Assembly: GCA_030704615.1 (NCBI GenBank)
Contig: CM060733.1
Coordinates: 16,616,001 to 16,680,000, forward strand
Origin: Takakia lepidozioides
Taxonomy: Eukaryota; Plantae; Bryophyta
DNA: 64,000 bases
Reading direction: 5' to 3'
Shown: positions 1 through 10,810 of the stretch, in pieces
Layout: every line of letters begins with the position of its first letter
Numbering within the stretch: the first letter of the stretch is position 1
The notes under the pieces: model-generated
Databases searched by the model: none
Told to the model about the DNA's origin: nothing
What the model saw: the letters and a program-made list of their open reading frames with translations, nothing else
Position numbers and translations under genes: made by a program

Positions 1-2579
1 AATCAAGGCAAAAAGGTGAATACCTGTTGAAGAGAAGCAGACAACAAGATGCATTACAAAGCTTCCCTCTCTCCTAAACAAATTTTTAAGAGTCTTGGGA
101 GCAATTCAGTGTAGGAACCTGTGTGTTGATAATTAGGGTTGGAGTGCTTGCTAGGAAAATTTATAGGTTGTCAATATCAGCTTCTAGCAGCAAGGGGAGG
201 ATACTTGTAATGTTAGTGCTGAGGCAGGGATACTGAAGGAGCAGGGATGGAGTGTGGGTGCAGATTCATGCAAGAGGACCGGATTTCAAGCACAAGAGTA
301 GCTATGATCCCCTGTGGATTGATAGCTACAAGAAACCTGCATGGGTATATAGTGAACTGGAAATAGCAGCAGTACCGCAGGTGATAAAATCAGCCACCTC
401 CACTATGACAAGAGGTTCCAATAGAGAACCAAGAGAGGGAGTCCGCAAGACCTTTTCCGTCACTACTGGACATGTCAGGCCACTATGTGAGGCAGGGCAA
501 TTGAAAGAGGCTCTACAGATTTTGAACCAAGGAGGCATTTCAGCAGATTCAGATACTTATGTCTGTCTCTTGCAAAATTGCATCAAGATGAATCGTCTGG
601 AAATGGGAAAGCAGGTGCATGCGCACATTATCCAAAGTAGATTCAAGCCAAACGTTTTTCTACACAACACCCTTGTCAACATGTATGTTAAATGTGGTAG
701 CATTGTGGATGCACACCAAGTGTTCAAGAAGATGCCTGAACGAGGTTTGATCACTTGGAATATAATGTTGGCAGGATTTACCAAGCATGGGCGTGGTAAG
801 AATGCCTTGGAGACATATGAGCAAATGATGCGGGAAGGGGCGAAGCCCAACCACGTCACGTTTGTTTGCGTTTGCAATGCGTGTGCAAGCCTGGCTGCCC
901 TGGACAAGTGCAAAGAGGTTCATGGTGATATCGTCAAAGCTGGAATTGTACCAGACATCATTCTGCACACCGCCCTGATGAACATGTATGCCAAATGTGG
1001 GAGCATCGAGGATGCAAAGAGAGTATTCGACAATATTGCCCAACGAGATGTGGTGTCCTGGAATGCGATGATGGCAGGATATGCCCAGCATGGGTGCGGG
1101 ATGGAAGCTTTGGAGACCTATGAGCAGATGATGCGGGAGAGGGTGAAGCCCAACCAGGTCACATTTGTTTGTGTTTGCAGTGCATGTGCAAGCCTGGCAG
1201 CCTTGGAGAAGGGCAAAGAGGTCCATGGTGACATCCTGACAGCTGGAATTGTACCTGATGTCATTCTGAGCAATACCCTGGTTGATATGTATGCCAAATG
1301 CGGGAGCCTCAAGGATGCAGAGGAAGTGTTTGACAATATGGGCCAACGAGATGTGGTGTCGTGGAACGCAATGATTGCAGGATATGCCCAGCAGGGGTGT
1401 GGGATGGAGGCTTTGGAGACCTATGAGCAGATGATGTGGGAAGGGGTGAAGCCAAACCGGGTCACATTCGTAAGCATTTGCAATGCGTGTGCAAACCTGG
1501 CAGCCCTGGAGAAGGGCAAAAAGTTCCATGGTGACATCAAGACAGCTGGAATTGTACCTGATGTCATTCTGAACAATACACTGGTGGATATGTATGCCAA
1601 ATGCGGGAGCCTCAAGGATGCAAAGAGAGTGTTCGACAGTATGGCCCAACGGAATGTGGTGTCATGGACCGCGATGATGGCAGGCTATGCCCAGCATGGT
1701 TATGATATGGAGGCCCTGCAACTATGTCAAGAAATGCAAGTAGAAGGCGTGAAGCTGAACAATATCACCTTTGTATGTGTTCTCTCTGCATGCAGCCATG
1801 CTGGCCTAGTGGATGAAGGCAGATACTACTTCAACTCCCTGATTCGAGATCATGGCATCACTCCAGCACTGGAGCACTTTGGCTGCATGGTGGACCTTCT
1901 TGGCCGTTCGGGGCGATTGGATGAGGCAGAGGACTTCATTAACAAAATGCCAATCAAACCAAATGCTGTGGTTTGGATGGCCTTGCTTGGTGCCTGCAGA
2001 ATCCACGGCAATGTGGAGATCGCTGAACGTGCAGCAACATCTGTCCTCAAGTGGGATCAACAGGATGCCGCAACTTATGTGTTGCTATCAAACATCTATG
2101 CCGCAGCTGGCAGGTGGGACGATGCTGCAAAGGTGAGAAATATGATGAAGGTCAGAGGGGTTAAAAAGGAGCCAGGTTGGTGCTGCATTGAAGTCAGGGA
2201 CACAGTGCACACCTTCCTTGTAGATGACAAATTGCATCCAAAAATTGAGGAAATCCATGCTGAGCTGAGCAGACTGTCGGGGCAGATGAAGGAGGCAGGG
2301 TATGTGCCTGACACAAGCTTTGTATTGCATAATGTGGGGGAGGAGCAAAAGGAATTCTCTCTTTGCCACCACAGTGAGAAGCTGGCCATTGCTTTTGGGC
2401 TGATCAGCACAGCCCCTAGGACGCCTCTCCGTGTCATCAAGAATCTTCGCGTGTGTGGTGACTGCCACACCGCCACCAAGTTCATCTCAAAGATTGTTGG
2501 CCGAGCAATTGTTGTACGGGACGCAAACCGCTTTCACCACTTCGAAGATGGGGTTTGTTCTTGTGGGGATTATTGGTGA
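1..2579 (+). CDS. PLS-class PPR-E1-E2-DYW RNA-editing factor (PG type) with an N-terminal OSB-type PDF motif; 5' part lies upstream of the window. Exons <1-15 and 264-2579, intron 16-263
   Basis: 14 PLS motifs, then E1/E2, PG box (KKEPGWCCIEV), HSEKLA...CGDCH zinc site and terminal DYW. The track start at 252 is a GTG inside an intron (AAG|GTGAAT at 15/16, GTGCAG|ATT at 263/264). Splicing gives NQGKK-IHARGPDFKHKSSYDPLWIDSYKKPAWVYSEL. Confidence 0.93.
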
Positions 2580-3399
2580 AACAATGTTTTTCTGGTAAGG
2601 TATGAGTGAACTGCTTCATTCGTTGATTGATGGTAGTGTTGAGGACATTTCCTCTGGCATGCCAGCCTTCCAAGAGCCAACTGTGTGGTGGACCCAGCAT
2701 AGGTGGAAAGTCAGCCCATATGTGCACATGACTGGAGCGGGTAAAGGGCAAAGGGGGTATATGACTTACTCCGGTGATAGTGGAAGGATATCATAGTGCT
2801 GTTCTGATTCTGGATGGTGGGCAGGGATGAGATTTGAAGAGCAGATTGCCCTTCCGACCCCTTTTGCCCTTCAAATAAGGACAATCTGGAAAATCACCCT
2901 TTGTAAAAAATGGTAAATTTGGGGTTAACCCTTCACCAATCACACAAATGCCCTTGCAACATAAGGGCTGCAAGTTTGCGGGTATTTCAAAGCACCCATG
3001 TGTGCAATTTACCAACTCCCCCATTTCTTCTAAGCCCCTTCTTGCTGCGGTTGTTGTAGGTTTTTCTGAATTTACAGAGAATGTGCAGCAAACAACTCTT
3101 TACATACCATAGCTAGTGATAAAAGCAGGTCTTTCCTTGTCTCCTACATGGAACAAATGGCACAACTCTTTGCATTGTACTAGGTTGAATTAAGCTCGAG
3201 TATCATACAGTTTAACTCGTGGTTTCCTTTGAAATCACGTCTCCTTGTGAAATCCATCACTGAAACTAAACTGCTGTTGAAGTGTTGGTGAGGTGTTGAT
3301 TATATTTGTGAAGGGCAGTCTCTTTAGCGGCCCTTCACAGCATGAAGGGCTAACCAAAATGTCACCCTTCAAAATAACTAGTACTTCGTTGGTCCTGCC

Positions 3400-3685
3400 C
3401 AGTGTTTTTTTTTTCACTTTTCCAAAATCGCAGGCAGGGCGACATGTAGATTCTACCCAACGCCCATGTGGCGAGAATAACGAGGTGACAGAGCTGGAAA
3501 AGAGGCTATATTACAGGTGTCATATTTTAACAGGTCCACGTAGGACAAATCTGGCTCCTGGTATTTATCCTTTGGCGCTTTCTGGCGATTTTCTTGATTT
3601 TTAATCCCAGAATTCCTTAGTAAAAGTAGCTGACCCATTTTCCAGGTCGAAATCTGGCGATTATTCGCCAGAAAAAAAAACACTG
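3400..3685. mobile_element. Non-autonomous hAT-type MITE (286 bp)
   Basis: Terminal inverted repeats CAGTGTTTTTTT / AAAAAAACACTG. Perfect 8-bp target duplication GTCCTGCC at 3392-3399 and 3686-3693. Confidence 0.88.
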
Positions 3686-3981
3686 GTCCTGCCCTCAGGC
3701 AGAGACTACGCAATGGTTTCTCACGGGAGACCAATGTTGTTGGATGAATGTTTTTGGATGGAATACATTGATTTGCTTGTTACAGTTTGCTGCTTTTTGT
3801 GTCAAGTCTTTTAAAACAGTTACCAATTCTCGCCCACAATAGAGAGCTCACAGCTGGTGGGTTCTAGTTTCAGCCATAGCTCGACCCTAGGTATCAGTCT
3901 AGGTAGTAGCTATAACTTTCATCCTGTAAATGGTTCTCTCTCGTCAAAGGATCTTTGGGTTCGTCATTTCCCTACCGAACA

Positions 3982-4041
3982 CATGTATGCCAAATGTGGG
4001 AGCATCTAGGCTGCAAGGGGGTGTTTGACAATCTGGCTGAA
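3982..4041 (+). pseudogene. Isolated PPR S1-motif remnant
   Basis: Reads MYAKCGSI*AARGVFDNLAE. The first 26 nt match the upstream gene around 982-1007, followed by an in-frame TAG. Confidence 0.7.
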
Positions 4042-4800
4042 ATCTGTTTTACTTTGAGTTGAAACATAGTCTTGTAAATACTTCTTTGAAACTGCCATGC
4101 CTTAATTTTGTTCTTACGTTGCAGCTTGATGACAACTTATGTGTAACAAGCAATTAGCAGGTTTTGGTTGAACATTTTTTGAAATGTTCCAATTATACAA
4201 TCGTGAGAACACATTGTAATTAGTTTTTGCGGTTCATCGTGAGTAGAGTGTTTACTTGAAGAGCTGTTAGTGTTGTGTCATACTTTTGCCAATGTCTTGC
4301 TATTTGTGTTTTGTCTTTCTCTTGCTCTTGTTGATAAATCTTGTTGTTGGCTGTATCTCTTGTTTTTTTAATGCTCAACTATGTTGTGGCTCTTGATTTT
4401 GCTCTTTGTGTGTTCTCTTGATGTGTTGTTCTTACTTTTGTCTTCTGTTGTATTGTTCTTGCTATATTTGATGTATTGTATGTCTATGGTGAATATCAAA
4501 ATATTAAGTAAGGTAATTTGTTTTGTATGTCACGTTGAGATCTCCCAAACCGCAAGGCCTTCGTCCGGGTTCTTAATACCGCTGAAAAGCCTTGGATGAG
4601 TGGGGATGCATTGAGCTAGTTTCATAATTTTTTGGACCTACAGTGTGGGAGATATTGAATTTCATTTGTAGCATCCATTTCAAGTGGGAAAAAAAAAAGT
4701 GGAAACATGATGTGAGATTTTCCTGCTTGTTATTCTATACCTCACTAATGTACAAACTAAATGGGAGATGCCCTCCTGGCAAGTCTCTTCTCTAACAATC

Positions 4801-7404
4801 CTATATATTGTGTCTCAAAACCTGAATTGAAGAGATTGACTCTTGAGAATCTGGAATCTGGAGCAGCATTCGGAGCACCTCCTTGCTGAACGGGCGCTCA
4901 GTTGGAAGATCATCAGTGCAAAAGACAGCAATCTTCATTGCCAGCAGCATCTCCTTCTCTTCCGATTCTGATCCCCGCAGCTTTGGATCCAGGGCACCTA
5001 ATGCTTTGCCAGACTGCATCAGGCTCTGCAGCCAGTGCCCAATGCTCCCGCCCGCAGCTTCCACAAAAAATTGGCTAGTGGGCAACCTCCCTGTCAACAG
5101 CACAGCCAGCACCACCCCAAAGCTGTACACATCGCTCTTCTCCGTGAACCTGTGCACCACACAAAACATCCAGTCACACTTCCACAGTAGAGTTTGATGT
5201 CTTTGAATGCCAAGAACTTGGATGCGAGAGAACAACAGGAGTAGAATCTTCACTCTTTGAGTTTCTCGTGATACAAGGATATGATCTAGCATGGATGCAG
5301 AGATGATGAATAGGGTTAGCGTGGGGGAGGTGATGGAGCTCAGCTGGTACCTGCAAGTCTGGTGGTATTCAGGGGCGATGTAGCCCACAGTACCAGCAAC
5401 ACTTGTGGTGACATGCGTTTGGGTCTCGGGGATGACCTTGGCCAGACCAAAATCAGCAAGATGAGCCTCAAAGTCAGCGTCCAGCAGAATGTTGCCAGGC
5501 TTCAAGTCACGGTGCACAATCTTGGGCACACTATCGTGGTGGAGGTAGGACATACCCTGTGCAACCCCGACAGCAATGCGATATCGCATAGGCCATGGCA
5601 TGTCCAGTTCTCCCGATATCATCTTGTGTAGGGCACTCTCCAGGCTGCCATTGGGCATGAACTCATACATCAGCAAGTGAACTTCTGGCTTGTGGATGTA
5701 TGCGAGCAGCCTGACCAGGTTCCGATGCTTGATGCAACCCAGAGTTTCCAGCTCTGCCTGGATTTGCCGATGGCTAAAACTGTGGCTGCTTTCCGTGCCA
5801 GATTGTTTCTCAGCCGCTAATTGAACCAGGATACTTTTGATGGCCACCACCATTCCATTTTCCAAGTGCACTTTATAGACCTTCCCGGTGCCTCCAGCCC
5901 CGATCTCCTCTGCCGTGGTCAACGAGCCCTCCTTATCGAGGAAGGAGAGCATCTTGGGAGTAATGTGGGTGTTAAATATGACAGGACCCTTGAGGTATGG
6001 AGTTCGAGTACGTACTAGATAGATACAGATGCGGAGCGTCAGAGCAAACAGTATGGCAGCAAGTGCACCTGCGACAGCCCCCAAGGCTATGCCCACTCCC
6101 CATTTTCTGCCCGTATGATTGTTCTTACTGTGATGTGAGGGAGCTGCCTGCACGGCTGGAGCAGGAGCCGCCGCAGTCGTGTAGCTATTACTTGTGTCTG
6201 TCATTACTCTCCTAGTCCTGACCAGACTTGGTGAAGGGCTTTGTCTTATCTGTTCAGAAGGAATCCATCTTTGGAAATACTTCGCGATTTTGGGCATCAC
6301 TCTAGGAAGAGACATCCTGGAGAGCTGAGAGAAAAGAGGGGCTGGAACACCACGACAGGCTTGCAGAGGCCGCCCACAAAGGCCTGAGTTACCAAGAAAT
6401 GCGGTCACCCTAGGCCCCTCCTGGATCCACTTACCTTGGGGAATTGGCCCACTCAGTCGGTTGTTTGAGACCCGCAAATCTTGCAGACTCTGCAGCTCCG
6501 CCCATGACGAAGGGATGGATCCGCTGAAAAGATTGTCCGAGAAGTCTAGGAACTGCAGTCGAGTGCAATGGGCGAGTTCCTGAGGGAGAAACCCTTCGAG
6601 GAGATTGTCGTCTAAAGCCAGGGACTGTAAGTCTCTTAATTTGCCCAAATGCACAGGGATACTCCCCACTAAGTGATTGCCACTGAGATACAATTTACTC
6701 AGCATCGCACAAGCCCCCAAACGCTGCGAAATCTGTCCTGTGATGAGGTTGTGAGCCAAGTCAAGCACTTGAAGTTCCTTACAAAGACCGCCCATGGGGT
6801 GAATTTGCACACCCTCCTGGCCGTTTCCTAACTTTCTCGGAAAGTGAAAGAGGGTATCCAGGCTTCCTGACAACTGATTCCCAGATAGCAGAACCGTACG
6901 CAGGGATTTCAATCGTGTCAAAAGCCCAAAAGGAAGCAAACCAGAAAGCCCGTTATTACGCAAGTCCAGGGTCACAAGTGAGTGACAGGCAGTGAGCTCT
7001 CTGGGGATGGATCCTGAAAGCTGATTATCCACAACCGTAAGCGACCTCAATGCAGAGAGCTTCCCCAGCTGTCCAGAAATTGACCCCTCAAATTTGGTGG
7101 AGCGCAGCTCCAGACTCACCACACGGGTGGCATCACTACTGATCTTACCGCATCCCACGCCAGGCCACAGGCAGGGATTCTCATTTACTCCCCACTTCTG
7201 TAAAGCTCCCGTTGGATCACTCACAATTCCTCTCTGGAATGCAAGCAAGGCAGCTGCGTCCCGCTTCAGCTCTTCCCCTATTTCATCACCTCCCTCTCCG
7301 TGCTCCTCATGGTTGAACTCCGCTACAATGCAGTCCATGAAGCAACCAAACACACAGAGTGCTACCACTGCCATACGCCAGTGGAATGGACTCACTTTAC
7401 CCAT
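4801..7404 (-). CDS. LRR receptor-like kinase, SOBIR1/CORYNE-related. Exons 7404-5351 and 5149-4801, intron 5350-5150
   Basis: Signal peptide, LRRNT (NPCLWPGVGC), 8-9 LRRs, TM helix (WGVGIALGAVAG...) and a kinase with GAGGTG, VAIK, HRDLKPGN, DFG, APE, SDVYSFG. Juxtamembrane GPVIF..I and RQIQAELETLG resemble SOBIR1/CRN. A 201-nt GT-AG intron restores HQTCR-FTEKSD. Confidence 0.88.
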   Translation of the reverse strand: MGKVSPFHWRMAVVALCVFGCFMDCIVAEFNHEEHGEGGDEIGEELKRDAAALLAFQRGIVSDPTGALQKWGVNENPCLWPGVGCGKISSDATRVVSLELRSTKFEGSISGQLGKLSALRSLTVVDNQLSGSIPRELTACHSLVTLDLRNNGLSGLLPFGLLTRLKSLRTVLLSGNQLSGSLDTLFHFPRKLGNGQEGVQIHPMGGLCKELQVLDLAHNLITGQISQRLGACAMLSKLYLSGNHLVGSIPVHLGKLRDLQSLALDDNLLEGFLPQELAHCTRLQFLDFSDNLFSGSIPSSWAELQSLQDLRVSNNRLSGPIPQGKWIQEGPRVTAFLGNSGLCGRPLQACRGVPAPLFSQLSRMSLPRVMPKIAKYFQRWIPSEQIRQSPSPSLVRTRRVMTDTSNSYTTAAAPAPAVQAAPSHHSKNNHTGRKWGVGIALGAVAGALAAILFALTLRICIYLVRTRTPYLKGPVIFNTHITPKMLSFLDKEGSLTTAEEIGAGGTGKVYKVHLENGMVVAIKSILVQLAAEKQSGTESSHSFSHRQIQAELETLGCIKHRNLVRLLAYIHKPEVHLLMYEFMPNGSLESALHKMISGELDMPWPMRYRIAVGVAQGMSYLHHDSVPKIVHRDLKPGNILLDADFEAHLADFGLAKVIPETQTHVTTSVAGTVGYIAPEYHQTCRYQLSSITSPTLTLFIISASMLDHILVSRETQRVKILLLLFSRIQVLGIQRHQTLLWKCDWMFCVVHRFTEKSDVYSFGVVLAVLLTGRLPTSQFFVEAAGGSIGHWLQSLMQSGKALGALDPKLRGSESEEKEMLLAMKIAVFCTDDLPTERPFSKEVLRMLLQIPDSQESISSIQVLRHNI

Positions 7405-9199
7405 CTTTGCCCCTGGATGAAGCTCTTCCTTTTCCAGCTGACTCCTAGTCCGTCGCCAGTTCCGCTATCTGCACTGCCGCCATCATACTCCTCCTCCACC
7501 CAATCTCTACCTCTCTCACATAAATGTCTGATAATCAAAATCACAACCTCCCATAAGCCAGCAACATCCTCTCTCTCAATTCGACTGCCGTCTCTATCTG
7601 AAAACTGTGGGTTCTAAATTCAGCCAGCCAAGCTCTCTGGATCTGACAATCCTGTCCTTCTCAGCTCACCTTAAACACACTCTCTCTCTCTCCCCCTACA
7701 AACACGCCCCCCACCACTGTCTCCGCTGAGCTCGAACTAATGCACGGACACATTAATGAGGTGACGGAGACGAGCGGGTGGGTCAAGACTCAAAAGTCTT
7801 GCTCTGCTCCATCTCTTTCTCATCACTTTGTCCTCCGTCAACACGCTATCGCTTTTCTCGCTGCCGCTCCCCCACTCCCCACGCCTGCTGGAATGTTTCC
7901 AACCTGCCCTCAACCCTGCCCATTTCTTTTTCTCCCCTTTCTGTCCGGCCCCCGTCAGAATTGCCGACAGCCTCAGCGAACGGTGAAAGATGGGCCGGTT
8001 AAGTAGAAGATTCCCCTTCGGATGGATGAAACTGGGGGAGACTTATTAGCAGTACGGTCCCGGGCTGGCCGGTGACCGTACCGATAAGTCTACCGTCCCT
8101 GGACAATGGATTAGGCATTTTTGCGCCTAATAATAAAATCAATCAATCAGAAAATTAGGCATGTTTTGAAACATTTTCTCAAATTAGGCATCTTCATGCT
8201 ATAATTTTTTAGAATTAGGCACATGAGAATAGAAAACATTTATTTTCTTAAGAATAGTACGGGGGCCATGTTGTACAGGACTGGGGCACGTGGAGACTCC
8301 ACACATGTGAGTATCACTTACACACTCTTACACACTATAATTTTATATGTGGGATTGGTGCAGGCTGCTAGGGGGACGGTAATAAAGTTATCCTTGACCC
8401 TTAAGCGCCCAGTGCCCAAAGTTGACTTTTTGTAAAACGTGGACCCCAGCTCAGAAAAATGAGAATATCTCAGCGAAAAAAACGTTTTTGGGAAAATTGA
8501 CCGGACAGTGTGCTCATACCTACCCCTTGCAGACATCTGTAAATTTTCAGGCCAATCAGGCGAAAATCAGAGAAACGCCACTGTTGAGTGTGGGGCCATT
8601 GTTTTGGGCCCCTACCAAAAAACTAAGGAAAATTGGAGGAATTTGCAATTTTCAATGATGGGATGAAATCTGCAGGACCTCATCCTGCTTACAGGTGTTG
8701 TCCAGCACATTGGCATTCTGATGAGCCATAGAATGCAAAAAATGGATTCATATTTTCTGATTTACAACTGGTCAAAGTAAGGGGGGTCAAAATGCCATAG
8801 GCAGCAGCAGTTTTGCTGAAGCACAAAGACAGCCTGATAGTGCCTGGCATGTGCACATCAGCTTCCACCATCTGCTCTCATTCTTTTGCCCAAGTTCCAC
8901 ACAAGCCTAAGGCACACAAAATAGAGTCTAGCAACATGAAGACAAACACAACCACAACCACAAAATCATACATCTCCTTGGACTGTCAAGCGACTCTCTA
9001 TGGCTGGATCCTCAATACAAACGTTTCATGGCTACCAACAACAAACCAACCCCCAAACACACCACTGTGTTTAGAAAAAGACAGAACACCACTACATAGA
9101 AAAAGTGTCGTAAGGATGATACCCCCTCTTTGGCATCAAAGGTCTCCACGTCTCTACAGTAAGAAATCAACCATATCAATTACTGAACATAGAAGTACC

Positions 9200-9985
9200 T
9201 ATAATCAGAGAAGGCTATGGCTCTTGACAAACCATCGTCCAAGGCACATATAGACATCTCCACACGCATGACAAAAATACCTTTGACGCATACCACACTC
9301 AACAAACTCTCTTGAAGGAGAAATGCACGGACCCCGGGTTGGGCACATTTGCCCCTGGCATTACTGTTCTCCTGGGATGAACCCATCCCACAATTAGTCC
9401 CTTTACAACCTCCAAATTGAAAAGCACGTGGCTAAGAGGAGTGCGGCCCTTTCCCCTCATAAAACCCAAGTACAATATGTAAGCATTCACCAAAGAAGTG
9501 TCAACTCTATGAAAGTACAAGCGGTGCCACCATTTATGGTCCCTGGTCTGAACAGAGTAGTATCCCCGTAGCTGATCCTGAACATCCACTCCCCGCATAT
9601 GCTGCTGGTAATGAACCACAATAGGGGAGGTAGGCACAACACGTCTTGTCCCTTTGTGCCATCTTTGTATGAAGCAATCAGGACCGACAGGGGAAATGGC
9701 AGGGAAATCATGGTCACCAACTTGGCATCCATCCAGGCCTACCTCTCTCACCCTTCTTCCCCAAATCAAGGCACGTAGGAAAGCCCACTCGGGAGGTTTT
9801 TACCGTGCCAGTAGCATAGATCTATTTTGCTGCCAAATCATAGAACATGATGGGGCTACTGAAAAAATTATCTATCGTTACAATATGGCCCTTACCCTCA
9901 AATCCTTCTAGTAACCTTGTCACCACGCCATATCCACTCCATGGGTCATATCATTCCCATCATCCTTCCCAAGGTAAACCTCTAA
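9200..9985 (-). pseudogene. piggyBac transposase, C-terminal half including the Cys-rich domain
   Basis: EVYLGK, GHIVTIDNFFSS, YATGTV, YQQHMRGVDVQDQLRGYY, KWWHRLYF...NAYILY, then CGMRQRYFCHACGDVYMC. Confidence 0.88.
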
Positions 9986-10810
9986 CTTCTGCGTTTTGTG
10001 CGTTGTCTCTCTCCTTCCCGCGCTTTGAAGTTTGCCTTGTGCTTTGATCTTGTCTGTTGTGGCCTTCGCGCGTGTTCCATACTTTGTTGTAGGTTGCCGT
10101 TGCAGATGCCTTGACAGGTTGTCGTTGGTGGTCTGCTCCGATTTACATCTTCTATTATCTCTTTATCTTTCAGTCGAGGAAACTTGGAAATTGTGGGCAA
10201 GTGCTAGAGACTGAGCCATAGATGTGAGAGAGGGTGGGCCGACATTGCATTGACACTCAGGGTGCGCATTCAAGGCAGTGTTCATTGTTTGATACCTGAG
10301 CTAGACTGTACGCGGTTAGGGAATCGTGTAGCTCATCCTTGTGTTTATCCTTGTGTGCATAGGCAAATTGGTGGAGGAAGGTTGAAGCTACATAGTATAA
10401 GATGGGTTCAGGTGTGTTGCCTCCCCCTGCACCTGCGCATTTGGAGACTCAAGCTGCATCGATTGCCAAGTGGGCATGCTCACTGGGTGCCTCAACCGAG
10501 CAAGTCGAGCGGATTGTCGGGTGCCTGAATGAGGACTACCTCTTGTGTTTGAAGAGATCTGCTCGTGTGCGTTGGCCTGGATTTTCACAGCCCTTCAACT
10601 TTCGTTACTTGTTCAGGCGCCATTGCGCAGAGATTTTGGGTTGGGTAGATCGCAAGGAGGAAGGAGACCCCCTTGTATTCAGCGCAAAGGTAAACGACAT
10701 TTTGAGGCTCGAGGTTTGGCCTGATTTCCAGACGTCTTTTGCCAGCCACGACGAGGCTCAAATAGCTGGCCAGGAAGAGAAGTAATCATACTGAATCCTC
10801 TTTTGATTTC

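Noticed and set aside
660-1649. 329-aa antisense ORF and other ORFs overlapping the PPR, kinase and helicase genes
   Set aside because: Shadow frames produced by repeated PPR codon patterns and GC bias. No independent motifs.
2160-2579. U-to-C (DYW:KP-type) editing domain
   Set aside because: Both DYW domains have a canonical PG box, HSEKLA, CxDCH and a DYW end, so they are ordinary C-to-U type.
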